A DNA stretch of 63,314 nt, the filler included, from Licmophora abbreviata (Eukaryota): the NCBI GenBank assembly GCA_900291995.1. It is 18 parts of 18 records of this genome, joined end to end, with 100 filler letters (N's around TTAATTAATTAA, not from the genome) between each part and the next. Parts side by side here need not be neighbours in the genome. Positions count along the whole stretch, not along the records: positions 45,425 to 53,022 come from OLMU01001934.1; positions 53,123 to 56,778 come from OLMU01001935.1; positions 56,879 to 61,550 come from OLMU01001936.1; positions 61,651 to 63,314 come from OLMU01001937.1; 14 more parts are not named here. One strand, given 5' to 3'. Under the pieces are notes generated by a model that saw only the letters and a program-made list of their open reading frames with translations, had not been told where the DNA came from and did not search any database. Positions 51,732-62,406 of the stretch are shown here, in pieces; positions within the stretch are counted from its first letter, which is position 1, and every line of letters starts with the position of its first letter. The position numbers were made by a program, and so were the translations under genes.

Positions 51732-52508
51732 TCAGGCCGACAGGGGCGCCATGTCGCGCAGCATCGTATAGACAAACATGAAGGCCCCGACGGGCGGCAC
51801 GTAGAGCATCATGGTGAGCGCCAGCGCATGAATGGTGAGGCGCATCGGTTTCGTCGGCTTCGCGCGCTGGCCCAGCCAGCGCGTCAGGGCGGCGGCGGGG
51901 GGCAGCATGGGCAGCGCGTCGATCCCGCGCTCGTCGTAGTCGTACATCGTGTCGTCCCGTCCCGAGATGTCCCGAGTGCCCACGAGCGTGTCGCAGCCCG
52001 GCTCCGGGTCGGGTGTTGGCCTGACCGGGGGCGCGGTGTCGCAGGGTGTGTGCGCGGTGTCGCGCAGCAGATCGAAGAGCGAGTCGATCAGGTCTGGACC
52101 GATCTGCGCATGCGCTTCGCCGCGCATCACGGATCGGGGCGGCAGGACCTCTTGCATCCGCTCGGCGATCTGATCGGCGATCTGGCTGAAGGACGAGATG
52201 ATGAAAGGCGGCTGGCGGTGCGGATTGGTCGGGCCGACGGCCGCGATCACGTGCCAGGCGCCATCCTCCTCATCGGGGGGCAGCCAGCCAAGGGCCACGC
52301 GCAGGTAGTCGCGTTCGATCACCGCGATATCGTCGCAATCCCAGATCAGGGCCCGTGTCTGGGCGTCGACGAGGTTGAATGCGAGGTCGAACTCCTCGAC
52401 GATATCGTTGAAGTCCATGCGCGGACATGCGCCATACTCGAAACCGACAACATATCCTTGGGTTTGCATGAGGATCCCCCCGACCTGCCCGTTGATGTAT
52501 TGGTTCAC
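51732..52508 (-). CDS. Hypothetical protein with a C-terminal membrane hairpin
   Basis: 258-aa ORF with GC-rich third positions, WDCDD motif and hydrophobic C-terminus; start uncertain. Confidence 0.6.
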   Translation of the reverse strand: MNQYINGQVGGILMQTQGYVVGFEYGACPRMDFNDIVEEFDLAFNLVDAQTRALIWDCDDIAVIERDYLRVALGWLPPDEEDGAWHVIAAVGPTNPHRQPPFIISSFSQIADQIAERMQEVLPPRSVMRGEAHAQIGPDLIDSLFDLLRDTAHTPCDTAPPVRPTPDPEPGCDTLVGTRDISGRDDTMYDYDERGIDALPMLPPAAALTRWLGQRAKPTKPMRLTIHALALTMMLYVPPVGAFMFVYTMLRDMAPLSA

Positions 52509-52584
52509 GGGCGAGTAAAGCGCTCAATCATGCTGCGAAATTGATCGAAATGCGGCAGAAAGGTGATTTTCGGGGGCGGAAGGC

Positions 52585-53022
52585 TCAGGGCCGGTCGATC
52601 CGCGCGGCCATGATCGCGATCGCCTTCTGGTAGACGCCTGCGGCGTTCCATTGCTGGATCACGCGGAAATTTGGCTCACCCTCCTGATAGCCAGTCCCCG
52701 GTTGCCAGCCTTTCTGGCGCAGGAAATTGGCGGTCGAGGCGAGCGCATCGGAAAGAGTGTAGAGATCGACACGCCCGTCGCCATTGGCATCGACCCCGTA
52801 GGTGAGCGCGTTGCCGGGCAGGAACTGGGTGTGGCCCAGCTCGCCATGTTTGGCGCCGCGGGTGTCGGCGGTGATCGTGCCGCGATCCACCAGTTTGAGG
52901 GCGCCGATGGCGTGGGGGATGAAGAACTCGGAGCGGCGGCAATCATAGGCCAGCGTGGTGATGGCCGAGACCACGGCGCTGTCGCCCATGAAGCCGCCAA
53001 AGCCGGTTTCCATGCCGTGAAT
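52585..53022 (-). CDS. Lytic murein transglycosylase (MltB/SLT_2-like), 5' part lost in a gap
   Basis: MET.FG, GA.HGELG.TQFLP, VD.NGDG.VDL, DALASTANFL...GW and WN...VY motifs. Confidence 0.88.
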   Translation of the reverse strand: MHGMETGFGGFMGDSAVVSAITTLAYDCRRSEFFIPHAIGALKLVDRGTITADTRGAKHGELGHTQFLPGNALTYGVDANGDGRVDLYTLSDALASTANFLRQKGWQPGTGYQEGEPNFRVIQQWNAAGVYQKAIAIMAARIDRP

Positions 53023-53248
53023 NNNNNNNNNNNNNNNNNNNNNNNNNNNNNNNNNNNNNNNNNNNNTTAATTAATTAANNNNNNNNNNNNNNNNNNNNNN
53101 NNNNNNNNNNNNNNNNNNNNNNCATAGTTTTCAGATTAAAACGTTTTGCGAAAAACCTGAATCACCGATTTTCGAAACATGCGCTGTGCTTTTCAACCGT
53201 TGCATGCATACCGCCTTTGGCTGATGCCATAGTGCGCGGTGTGCAACG

Positions 53249-53285
53249 AAAATGCGCCCCCTCATGCAGAGGGGGCGCATCTTTT
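53249..53285. terminator. Intrinsic terminator after glnA, possibly bidirectional
   Basis: ATGCGCCCCCTC-ATGCA-GAGGGGGCGCAT 12-bp stem flanked by A and T runs. Confidence 0.75.
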
Positions 53286-53337
53286 CACTGTCCCATGATG
53301 GTGCTGTCCGATCCCGCCCGGAGGGGCGGGAACGCGA

Positions 53338-54744
53338 TCAGCAGCTGTAATACATCATGAATTCGACCGGATGGGGGGTGTGCTCGTAGGTTTCGAGCTC
53401 TTCCATCTTGAGGTCGATATAGCCGTCGATCTGGTCCTTGGTGAAGACGTCACCGGCCAGCAGGAAGGCATGGTCGGCCTGCAGGGCTTCGAGCGCTTCG
53501 CGCAGGCTGCCGCAGACGGTGGGGATGCCTTCGAGTTCCTCGGCGGGCAGATCGTAGAGGTTCTTGTCCATGGCTTCGCCCGGATCGATCTTGTTCTTGA
53601 TGCCGTCGAGGCCGGCCATCAACAGGGCCGAGAAGCACAGATAGGGGTTGGCCGAGGGATCGGGGAAGCGGGCTTCGACGCGCTTTGCCTTGGGCGACTC
53701 GGTCCATGGGATCCGGACGCAGCCGGACCGGTTGCGGGCCGAATAGGCGCGCAGAACCGGGGCTTCGAAGCCGGGGATCAGGCGCTTGTAGGAGTTGGTG
53801 GACGGGTTGGTGAAGGCGTTGAGCGTCTTGGCGTGCTTGAGGATGCCGCCGATGAAATACAGCGCCTCCTGGCTGAGATCGGCGTATTTGTCGCCTGCGA
53901 ACAGGGGCTTGCCGTCTTTCCAGATCGACATGTTCACATGCATGCCGGTGCCGTTGTCGCCATAGATCGGCTTGGGCATGAAGGTGGCCGACTTGCCGTA
54001 GGCCTGTGCCACGTTGTGGATCACGTATTTGTATTTCTGAAGCTCATCGGCCTGCGTGGTCAGCGTGCCGAAGATCAGGCCCAGTTCGTGCTGGCACGAC
54101 GCCACCTCGTGGTGGTGCTTGTCGACCTTCATGCCGAGGCGCTTCATGGTGCTGAGCATTTCCGAGCGGATATCCTGACCGTCGTCGATCGGGTTCACGG
54201 GGAAATAGCCGCCCTTGACGCCCGGACGATGGCCGGTGTTGCCCATTTCGTATTCGGTGTCGGTGTTCCACGAGGCGTCGAGCGCGTCGATTTCGTAGGA
54301 GACCTTGTTGATCTTGTTCGAGAAGCGCACGTCGTCGAACAGGAAGAATTCGGCTTCGGGGCCGAAGAAGGCGGAATCGCCGATGCCCGAGGATTTCAGG
54401 TAGGCTTCGGCCTTCTGGGCGGTGCCGCGCGGGTCACGCTCGTAGGGTTCGCCGGTGTCGGGCTCGACCACCGAGCAATGCACGCAGAGGGTTTTCTCGG
54501 CGTAGAACGGGTCGATATAGGCCGACTCGGTGTCGGGCATCAGTTTCATGTCGGAGGCTTCGATCGATTTCCAACCGGCGATCGAGGAGCCGTCAAACAT
54601 GAACCCTTCTTCAAGGAAGTCTTCATCGACCAGATCGGCCATCACGGTGACGTGCTGCAACTTGCCGCGCGGGTCGGTGAAACGGATGTCGACGTATTCC
54701 ACGTCTTCTTCCTTGATCTGCTGGAGGATTGCTTTCTGGCTCAT
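53338..54744 (-). CDS. glnA: Glutamine synthetase type I
   Basis: FDGSSI, GPEAEFF, HHHEVA, FMPKP..GDNG.GMH, GFEAP, EARFPD and NLYDLP adenylylation site. Confidence 0.98.
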   Translation of the reverse strand: MSQKAILQQIKEEDVEYVDIRFTDPRGKLQHVTVMADLVDEDFLEEGFMFDGSSIAGWKSIEASDMKLMPDTESAYIDPFYAEKTLCVHCSVVEPDTGEPYERDPRGTAQKAEAYLKSSGIGDSAFFGPEAEFFLFDDVRFSNKINKVSYEIDALDASWNTDTEYEMGNTGHRPGVKGGYFPVNPIDDGQDIRSEMLSTMKRLGMKVDKHHHEVASCQHELGLIFGTLTTQADELQKYKYVIHNVAQAYGKSATFMPKPIYGDNGTGMHVNMSIWKDGKPLFAGDKYADLSQEALYFIGGILKHAKTLNAFTNPSTNSYKRLIPGFEAPVLRAYSARNRSGCVRIPWTESPKAKRVEARFPDPSANPYLCFSALLMAGLDGIKNKIDPGEAMDKNLYDLPAEELEGIPTVCGSLREALEALQADHAFLLAGDVFTKDQIDGYIDLKMEELETYEHTPHPVEFMMYYSC

Positions 54745-54789
54745 GTGCCTTCTTCCCTTTTCTGATAGTGGGTCTGTATTCGGTGTTGA

Positions 54790-55277
<488 letters not shown>

Positions 55278-55299
55278 GTTTTTGAATCTTGGGAGTGAG

Positions 55300-56914
55300 A
55301 TGATGACCGAAGTCTTGAGTGCCGGGCAGATGCGCGCCCTTGAAACCGAGGCCATCGAGTCGGGGCAGGTGACCGGGTTGGAGCTGATGGAGCGCGCCGG
55401 GCGGGGCGTTGTCGAGGCGGTTTTCGCCCAATGGCCGGATCTGGTGCAGGCGCCGGGATGGGCGGCTGTGCTCTGTGGGCCGGGCAATAACGGTGGCGAC
55501 GGGTTCGTCATCGCGCGGCTGTTGCGCGACTGGGGCTGGGAGGTCGATCTGTGGCTTTTGGGCGATGCCGAGAAGCTGCCGCCCGATGCCAGGGCCAATC
55601 ATGACCGCTGGTGCGCGATGGGCGGCGCGGTGCGCCCCTATCGCGACGAGGGAGAGGGCGCGTTCGCCCTGCCGGACAGAGGGCATGCCGGCCGGGCGCT
55701 GCTGGTGGATGCGCTTTTCGGCACGGGGCTGACGCGGCCCTTGGAGGGGGTAGATGCGTTCGGGCTGGCCACGCAGATGGTGTCACGGCAGGGCGCAAGG
55801 GTTGTCGCGGTGGATGTGCCAAGCGGGCTTTGCGCTAATTCAGGCCGCTATCTGAGGCGCGAAGGCGCCGCGCGGTACCATGAGACGGTGCGCGCCGATC
55901 TGACGGTGAGTTTCCACGCGGCCAAGCTGGGGCATTACCTGCAGGACGGGCCTGCGGCCTGTGGGGCGCTGGCGATTGCGGATATCGGGCTGGAGGGGCC
56001 CGAGGATCCGCTGGTGGCGCAGCTTGTCGATGCGCCGGGGGCGGAGCTTCTGAGGAAAGGGCAGGGGCATAAATACGGGCATGGTCATGCGCTGATCCTG
56101 TCGGGAGATGCGGGGCAGACCGGGGCGGCGCGGCTGGCGGCGCGCGCGGCGCTGCGGATCGGGGCGGGGCTTGTGACGCTTGGCGTGCCGCCGGGGGCGC
56201 AGGCCGAGGTCGCGGCGCAGATCACCGCGCTGATGATGCGCGTTGTGCCGGATATAGATGCGCTGGCAGAACTTCTGGACGATCCGCGGTTTTCGGCCAT
56301 CGGGCTTGGTCCGGGGATGGGGCTGAGCGAGGCCACGGCCAGTCTGGCGGCGGTGGCGGTGTCGTCGGGGCGGGCTTGTGTGCTGGATGCGGATGCGCTG
56401 AGTGTCTTTGCGGATCGCGTGGACGAGCTGTTCGATCTGACGGCGGGGACGGCGTGTGTGCTGACCCCGCATGGTGGAGAGTTCGCGCGGCTTTTCCCGG
56501 ATCTGGCCGAGCGTCTGGTGGCGGCGCCGACGACCGGCCCGGCCATGTCACGGGTGGATGCGGCGCGCGAGGCGGCAAGGCGGGCGGGCTGCGTTCTGCT
56601 GCTCAAGGGGGCGGATACGGTGATCGCGGCGGCCGATGGGCGGGTGTCGATCCATGCGGCCTGTTACGGGCGCGCGGCGCCCTGGCTTGCGACAGCCGGA
56701 GCGGGCGATGTGTTGACCGGGTTGATTGCAGGGTTGATGGCGCGGGGTTTTGGCCCGATGCAGGCCAGCGAGCTGGCGNNNNNNNNNNNNNNNNNNNNNN
56801 NNNNNNNNNNNNNNNNNNNNNNTTAATTAATTAANNNNNNNNNNNNNNNNNNNNNNNNNNNNNNNNNNNNNNNNNNNNCTGCCGGGTGTCTTGCGAGGGC
56901 TGGACGCGCAGTAA
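55300..56914 (+). CDS. nnr: Bifunctional NAD(P)H-hydrate epimerase/dehydratase; spans a gap
   Basis: LMERAG, GPGNNGGDG, DALFGTG, HKY.HGH, GPGMG, TPH.GEF and LATAGAGDVL; ends LPGVLRGLDAQ* after the gap. Confidence 0.93.
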
Positions 56915-56955
56915 GACGCCAGCCCCCGTCGTGATCGGTGGAGAAAGCCGTGGTT

Positions 56956-57465
56956 TCAGGCGGCGGCGGAGGCGGAGGCGGCGGTAGCGGTTTGTGGGAA
57001 ATGCCCGGCCACTTCAATGCCGTCGACATAGAGGATATGCGGGCGGTCGAATTCAAGATCGCAGACTGTCATGGGAACATCGTCCTGAAGTCGGATGAAT
57101 TCGCCATCGACCAGACTGGAAACCGGGATCAGCGCCTGGGGTTTGCCGAACAGCGCCTGAGCCCGCCAGTCGCGCATAAGCACCATTTGGCTAGCCGGCA
57201 GGGTCACGTCGCGATCGGGACGGTTCTGACCCAGAGAGCCGGCGGCGATGCGCACCGCAGATGTTCGGATTTGGCGCGTATGGACCGCCTTTACGATGGC
57301 CATGCCGCTGTCGCGGGTTATGACGCGGTCACCCGCCTGCACATGGCCCACAGGCTTTGCGCCGTCCAAGGTGAGGATGATGGAATGGGCCAAAAGGCCA
57401 GTGGTGTCACTCGGGATTCGGGAGGGGGTACCATCCCCGATCCGCCCGACCGTTTTCGGTTTCAT
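56956..57465 (-). CDS. Hint_2 (Hedgehog/intein-like) domain protein, degenerate
   Basis: ILTLDG..PV..V..GDRVITRD.G, VRI.AG.LG..RP.RD and L.FD.PH..Y..G motifs. Confidence 0.82.
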   Translation of the reverse strand: MKPKTVGRIGDGTPSRIPSDTTGLLAHSIILTLDGAKPVGHVQAGDRVITRDSGMAIVKAVHTRQIRTSAVRIAAGSLGQNRPDRDVTLPASQMVLMRDWRAQALFGKPQALIPVSSLVDGEFIRLQDDVPMTVCDLEFDRPHILYVDGIEVAGHFPQTATAASASAAA

Positions 57466-57648
57466 GGCGTTTCTCACTTTTTACTGCCTCATTTTAGACC
57501 AAGTTATGACAATAATTGGTAAATGTCGCCTCCTTTTTGTGAGGCACATGCATTAAAGTTGAGATGATTTTTCCACTCGCATCCGGCATGCGGCTTTGCT
57601 AGAGACCGCTCTATCATGCTTGACCTGCTGGCAGGCCGCGTGAAACTG

Positions 57649-57733
57649 GCGGGTGTGGCGGAATTGGTAGACGCACCAGATTTAGGTTCTGGCGCCGCAA
57701 GGCGTGGGGGTTCAAGTCCCTCCACCCGCACCA
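57649..57733 (+). tRNA. tRNA-Leu (anticodon TAG)
   Basis: GCGGGTG/CACCCGC acceptor stem with ACCA end, CCAGA-TTTAGGT-TCTGG anticodon arm, long variable arm, GTTCAAGTC T-loop; 85 nt. Confidence 0.97.
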
Positions 57734-57922
57734 GTGATCCCTGAACAAAGGGTGGCCATGGCCGGGGCAGCGCACGCCCCCATGCGTCTGGCCCAAGGGG
57801 CATGTCCCTTGCGCGCGTTGCGTGCTGATTCAGGGTTGATCCTGCCTCGGGGCCAAACTAGTAAGACGAAAATTTCATCGGGGCGCCGTTCGGGCGCCCT
57901 GTCAGCTTATGCGAGGAAGCTC

Positions 57923-59254
57923 ATGCAAGTCACCGAGACCCAGAACGAAGGCCTGAAGCGCGCCTACAAGATGATCCTGACAGCGCAGGAGCTGGAAGAC
58001 AAGGTAACCGAAAAGCTGAAAGAGGCGCAGCCGGATGTGGCGTTGAAGGGCTTCCGCAAGGGCAAGGTGCCGCTTGCCCTGCTGAAAAAGCAGTTCGGCC
58101 AGCGGGTGCTCGGCGAGGCCATGCAGGAAGCCGTGGACGGCGCGATGTCGGCCCATTTCGAGGAAAAGGGCGAGCGTCCTGCGGCAGAGCCTGCGGTGAA
58201 GATGGTCAACGATGACTGGAAAGAGGGCGACGACGTCGAGATCGAGATGTCCTACGAGGCGCTGCCCGAGATCCCCGAGGTCGATCTGTCGGCGATCAAG
58301 GTCGAGCGTCTGGTCGCCAAGGCCGATGATGCGGCGGTGGACGAGGCGCTGAAGAATCTGGCCGAGAGCGCACAGGACTTCAAGGACCGCAAGAAAGGCT
58401 CCAAGTCGAAGGACGGCGATCAGGTTGTGATCGATTTCGTCGGCAAGGTGGATGGTGAGGCCTTCGAAGGTGGCAGCGCCGAGGATTATCCGCTGGTGCT
58501 TGGCTCCAACAGCTTCATCCCCGGTTTCGAGGATCAGCTGGTTGGCGTGAAGGTCGACGAGGAAAAGGACGTGACCGTCACGTTCCCCGAGGAATACCAG
58601 GCCGCGCATCTGGCCGGCAAGGATGCCGTCTTTGAATGCAAGATCAAGGAAATCAAAGAGCCGGTGGCCGCCGAGATCAATGACGATCTGGCCCAGAAAT
58701 ACGGCGCCGAAAGCCTTGACGCCCTGAAGGACCAGATCAAGGAGCGTCTGGAGGCCGAATATGCCGGCGCCGCACGCGCCGTGATGAAGCGCCATCTGCT
58801 GGACGAGATGGACAAGCTGGTTGATTTCGATCTGCCCCCCAGCATGGTCGAGGCCGAGGCCAACCAGATCGCCCATCAGCTCTGGCACGAGGAAAACCCC
58901 GAGGTGCAGGGCCACGATCACCCCGAGATCGAGCCGACCGAAGAGCACACCAAGCTGGCCGAGCGCCGCGTGCGTCTTGGCCTTCTGCTGGCCCATCTGG
59001 GTCAGAAAGCCGAGGTCGAAGTGACCGATGCCGAGATGACTCAGGCCGTGATGCAGCAGGCTCGCCAGTATCCGGGGCAGGAGCGTCAGTTCTTCGAATT
59101 CGTGCAGAACAATCCGCAGATGCGCCAGCAGCTGCGCGCGCCGATCTTCGAGGACAAGGTGATCGACTATGTCGCCGAGCTGGCGCAGGTCACTGAAAAA
59201 GACACCACCAAGGACGAGCTTGAAAAGGCTGTCGAGGCGATGGACGAGGAATAA
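57923..59254 (+). CDS. tig: Trigger factor
   Basis: [18 protein letters not shown] domain FIPGFEDQL. Confidence 0.97.
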   Translation: MQVTETQNEGLKRAYKMILTAQELEDKVTEKLKEAQPDVALKGFRKGKVPLALLKKQFGQRVLGEAMQEAVDGAMSAHFEEKGERPAAEPAVKMVNDDWKEGDDVEIEMSYEALPEIPEVDLSAIKVERLVAKADDAAVDEALKNLAESAQDFKDRKKGSKSKDGDQVVIDFVGKVDGEAFEGGSAEDYPLVLGSNSFIPGFEDQLVGVKVDEEKDVTVTFPEEYQAAHLAGKDAVFECKIKEIKEPVAAEINDDLAQKYGAESLDALKDQIKERLEAEYAGAARAVMKRHLLDEMDKLVDFDLPPSMVEAEANQIAHQLWHEENPEVQGHDHPEIEPTEEHTKLAERRVRLGLLLAHLGQKAEVEVTDAEMTQAVMQQARQYPGQERQFFEFVQNNPQMRQQLRAPIFEDKVIDYVAELAQVTEKDTTKDELEKAVEAMDEE

Positions 59255-59291
59255 GGCGCAATCGGTCTTTCAGACCGCGCCGGACCATGAT

Positions 59292-59324
59292 GGGCCGCTC
59301 CGATCAAACGGAGCGGCCCTTTTT
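59292..59324 (+). terminator. Intrinsic terminator after tig
   Basis: GGGCCGCTCCG/CGGAGCGGCCC stem followed by T5. Confidence 0.8.
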
Positions 59325-59441
59325 CGTTTGAGCCCGCGCGGCTTGAGTGGGGCCGGGCGCGACAGATGGCCCGCCAGAGCGCGCATCCTGCCCATCTTTG
59401 CACCTTTAGGCGGCAAGGCGGTGGCGGAACCCATCAGGCAC

Positions 59442-59474
59442 AAAAAAGGGCCGCATGATCCCATGCGGCCCTTT
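59442..59474 (-). terminator. Intrinsic terminator after rplI
   Basis: A6-GGGCCGCATG/CATGCGGCCC hairpin. Confidence 0.8.
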
Positions 59475-59497
59475 GGTATATTCTGGTGCGAGGCGGC

Positions 59498-60124
59498 TTA
59501 GCGCTCTTCGTCGTCCTGCGCGGGGCGGGCCGTTTCGACGGTTTCGGCGAGGTCGTCGTCGTCCGACGCTGCACCACCGATATCGTCGAAGAGTTCCGCA
59601 ATCTCGAAATCCGCGGCTTCTTCTTCTTCGGCGGCGACCTGCTGAATGGTCTTGCCGGACGCCTGAAGCTCGGCTTCTTCGGGGGAGCGGGCGACGTTGA
59701 GCTGCATGGTCACGTCGACTTCGGGGTGCAGATGCACCTCGACTTCGTGCAGACCGAGGGTCTTGATCGGCTGACGGATCAGAACCTGCTTGCGGTCGAT
59801 GGTGAACCCGGCCTCGGTGGCGACGATGGCCGCGTCACGGGTCGAGACGGAGCCATAGAGGTTGCCGCCGTCGGATGCCTGGCGAATCACGACGAATTGC
59901 TGACCGTCGAGTTGTTCGGCCAGTTTCTCGGCTTCATTGCGGCTTTCGAGATTGTGCGCCTCGAGCTGTGCCTTGCGGTTTTCGAAGCCCTTGATGTTGG
60001 CTTCGGAAGCGGTCAGCGCTTTGCCCTGCGGCAGCAGATAGTTGCGCGCAAAGCCGGGCTTGACGTCGACGACTTCGCCCATCTGGCCCAGCTTGGCCAC
60101 GCGTTCGAGAAGGATAACTTGCAT
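59498..60124 (-). CDS. rplI: 50S ribosomal protein L9
   Basis: [24 protein letters not shown] and LYGSVS motifs. Confidence 0.97.
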   Translation of the reverse strand: MQVILLERVAKLGQMGEVVDVKPGFARNYLLPQGKALTASEANIKGFENRKAQLEAHNLESRNEAEKLAEQLDGQQFVVIRQASDGGNLYGSVSTRDAAIVATEAGFTIDRKQVLIRQPIKTLGLHEVEVHLHPEVDVTMQLNVARSPEEAELQASGKTIQQVAAEEEEAADFEIAELFDDIGGAASDDDDLAETVETARPAQDDEER

Positions 60125-60136
60125 GATGCTCTCTCC

Positions 60137-60364
60137 TTACTTCACGGCGTAGGGGAGCAGGGCGAGGAACCGTGCGCGCTTGATGGCACGGGACAGTTCA
60201 CGCTGCTTCTTGGCCGAAACGGCGGTGATGCGAGACGGGACGATCTTGCCGCGCTCGGAAATGTAGCGCTGAAGCAGTTTCGTGTCCTTGTAGTCGATCG
60301 CAGGTGCGTTGTCGCCCGAGAAGGGGCAGACCTTGCGGCGGCGGAAAAACGGTTTTGCAGCCAT
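60137..60364 (-). CDS. rpsR: 30S ribosomal protein S18
   Basis: [17 protein letters not shown] and [13 protein letters not shown] motifs. Confidence 0.98.
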   Translation of the reverse strand: MAAKPFFRRRKVCPFSGDNAPAIDYKDTKLLQRYISERGKIVPSRITAVSAKKQRELSRAIKRARFLALLPYAVK

Positions 60365-60392
60365 GGTTTAGTGTCCTTTCTTCAGGCGAATA

Positions 60393-60746
60393 TCAACGGC
60401 GCTCGCGACGGGTGTCACGTTCATCGCGCTTTTGCATCTGGACCGAGGGGCCCTCGGCATGCTCGTCGACCTTGATGGTCATGACGCGCATCACGTCGTC
60501 GTGCAGACGCATCAGGCGCTCCATTTCCTGCACGGCCGGCGCGGGTGCGTCGGTTCTCAGGAAGGAGTAATGCCCCTTGCGGTTCTTGTTGATCTTGTAG
60601 GCCATCGTCTTGACGCCCCAGTACTCGCTGTCGACGATCTTGCCGCCGTTGTCGGACAGCACGGTACCGAAATGTTCGATGAGGCCTTCGGCCTGCGCGT
60701 TGGACAGATCCTGGCGCGCGATGAATACATGCTCGTAGAGCGGCAT
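60393..60746 (-). CDS. rpsF: 30S ribosomal protein S6
   Basis: MPLYEHVFIARQD and EYWG...AYKI.KNRKGHY motifs. Confidence 0.97.
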   Translation of the reverse strand: MPLYEHVFIARQDLSNAQAEGLIEHFGTVLSDNGGKIVDSEYWGVKTMAYKINKNRKGHYSFLRTDAPAPAVQEMERLMRLHDDVMRVMTIKVDEHAEGPSVQMQKRDERDTRRERR

Positions 60747-61006
60747 GTGATCTCCACTTTTTTCAAGGCGCATTTCATAGGCGGGGTCATAACCTTCCGC
60801 TGCCCCACCACGAGAGACTGCGCGGTTCAAATCGTTTTGCGAAAGGAAGCCGGTCCATACGATGGATTGCGCCGCGTGGCAAGGCCCGCCGACCGGGGCG
60901 GTGCAGATGCAAGATTTCTCCGCGCATGCGCCCAAAACCTGCCCGATTTCGATGGTTTGTATACCGAAGTTCAATTGTTCACGAGTAACAAGAATGAGGT
61001 CGAGCA

Positions 61007-61495
61007 ATGGTTGCCTTTCCCGATCAGTATCGTGCGAAGATACAAGACGGCGTCCCCGCAAGTGGATACAAGCCCGGTTCCGCGCTGCGTCGCGCGGTGC
61101 TGATGTGTCTGGGGGCAGCGTTCCTGATGTCGGCCATGGGCCTGTGGATGATGCCGGGAGAGCCGGGCGATTACGCGATGCAGTTGATAAAGCTGCTTAT
61201 CTCGGCCGTGGCGGTGGTGGCCGGTCTGACCTGTCTTTCCTGTCTGGGCAGTGACCGCGCCGATCCCGAAATTCACGTCGACCGGGCCCGGGGCGAGCTG
61301 CGCCTGATCGAGCGCGATGCAAGGGGCGTCGCGCGCGTCGCGGCCTCTCACCAGCTGGACAGCTTGCAGGAGGCGACGCTGGACAACGGGTTCTTTTCGG
61401 TGCGCGATGCAGGCGGCAAGGAGCTGGTTTCTGTGCGGGTGACCGATCGACGGTTGCACGATCAACTGTGCCGGGTGTTCGATCTTCGGGCGTGA
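61007..61495 (+). CDS. Hypothetical two-TM membrane protein
   Basis: GAGG RBS, two hydrophobic helices, then a soluble C-terminus. Confidence 0.6.
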   Translation: MVAFPDQYRAKIQDGVPASGYKPGSALRRAVLMCLGAAFLMSAMGLWMMPGEPGDYAMQLIKLLISAVAVVAGLTCLSCLGSDRADPEIHVDRARGELRLIERDARGVARVAASHQLDSLQEATLDNGFFSVRDAGGKELVSVRVTDRRLHDQLCRVFDLRA

Positions 61496-61749
61496 GCGGC
61501 CTGCGCCAAGCGAAAACCCGCGCCACATCTGTTCGCTGATCCACACATTTNNNNNNNNNNNNNNNNNNNNNNNNNNNNNNNNNNNNNNNNNNNNTTAATT
61601 AATTAANNNNNNNNNNNNNNNNNNNNNNNNNNNNNNNNNNNNNNNNNNNNTCCACACATTTTGTTGAATTCTGGGGGATTGTCCGCAGTAGCGGACGCCC
61701 CACGTTTGCTTTACACGCATTTTCACACAACCCTACAGGGAGAATTGCA

Positions 61750-62325
61750 ATGAGAAAGACCCTTCTGGCCGCAGCATTGACGCTTGGCGCAAGTGCCGCC
61801 TTCGCCGCCCCCGAGACCTATGAGCTGGACGCGAGCCACAGCCAGATCGTGTTCTCGTATGACCACCTTGGCTATTCGACCACGTTCGGCATGTTCTCGG
61901 GCTTCGAGGGCGAGATCATGTTCGATCAGGAAAACCCGGCCAATTCGTCGGTGAACGTGTCGATGCCGTTGCGCTCGATGCTGACCGGCTGGGAAAAGCG
62001 GTTCGAGCATTTCATGTCCGATGATTTCTTCGGCGCGGCCGAGGGGGACATGGTGACCTTCACCTCCACCGGGATCGAGGTGACGGGCGATGACACGGCG
62101 TTTATCACAGGCGATCTGACGATGAATGGCGTGACCAAATCGGTGGTGCTGGATGCCAAGCTGAACAAGGTCGAAGGCCATCCGATGAAGAACGGCCAGC
62201 CTTGGGCCGGGTTCGACGCGACAACGACGCTGCTGCGCTCGGATTTCGGTGTGGGCCAGTTCGCCCCCGCGGTCAGCGATGAGGTCGAGGTCATGATCTC
62301 GATCGAGGCCGGCAAGGCGCAGTAA
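61750..62325 (+). CDS. YceI family periplasmic lipid/polyisoprenoid-binding protein
   Basis: Signal peptide; Y.LD.SHS.I.F...HLG.S, GDLT.NGVTK and RSDFG motifs. Confidence 0.93.
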   Translation: MRKTLLAAALTLGASAAFAAPETYELDASHSQIVFSYDHLGYSTTFGMFSGFEGEIMFDQENPANSSVNVSMPLRSMLTGWEKRFEHFMSDDFFGAAEGDMVTFTSTGIEVTGDDTAFITGDLTMNGVTKSVVLDAKLNKVEGHPMKNGQPWAGFDATTTLLRSDFGVGQFAPAVSDEVEVMISIEAGKAQ

Positions 62326-62348
62326 GACTGCGGCAGTTTCACAAGGTG

Positions 62349-62379
62349 AAAGGCCAGCCCGGCATGGGCTGGCCTTTTT
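62349..62379. terminator. Bidirectional intrinsic terminator
   Basis: AAAGGCCAGCCC/GGGCTGGCCTTTTT between convergent genes. Confidence 0.8.
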
Positions 62380-62406
62380 CGTTGGCGTCGATGGATGGGC
62401 GCGCGA

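Noticed and set aside
56959..56990. GGC microsatellite and poly-Gly ORF on the plus strand
   Set aside because: It is the antisense of the Ala-rich C-terminus of the Hint protein.
57649..57920. tRNA-Leu as an island integration site
   Set aside because: tig follows directly; no integrase and no duplicated tRNA 3' end was seen.
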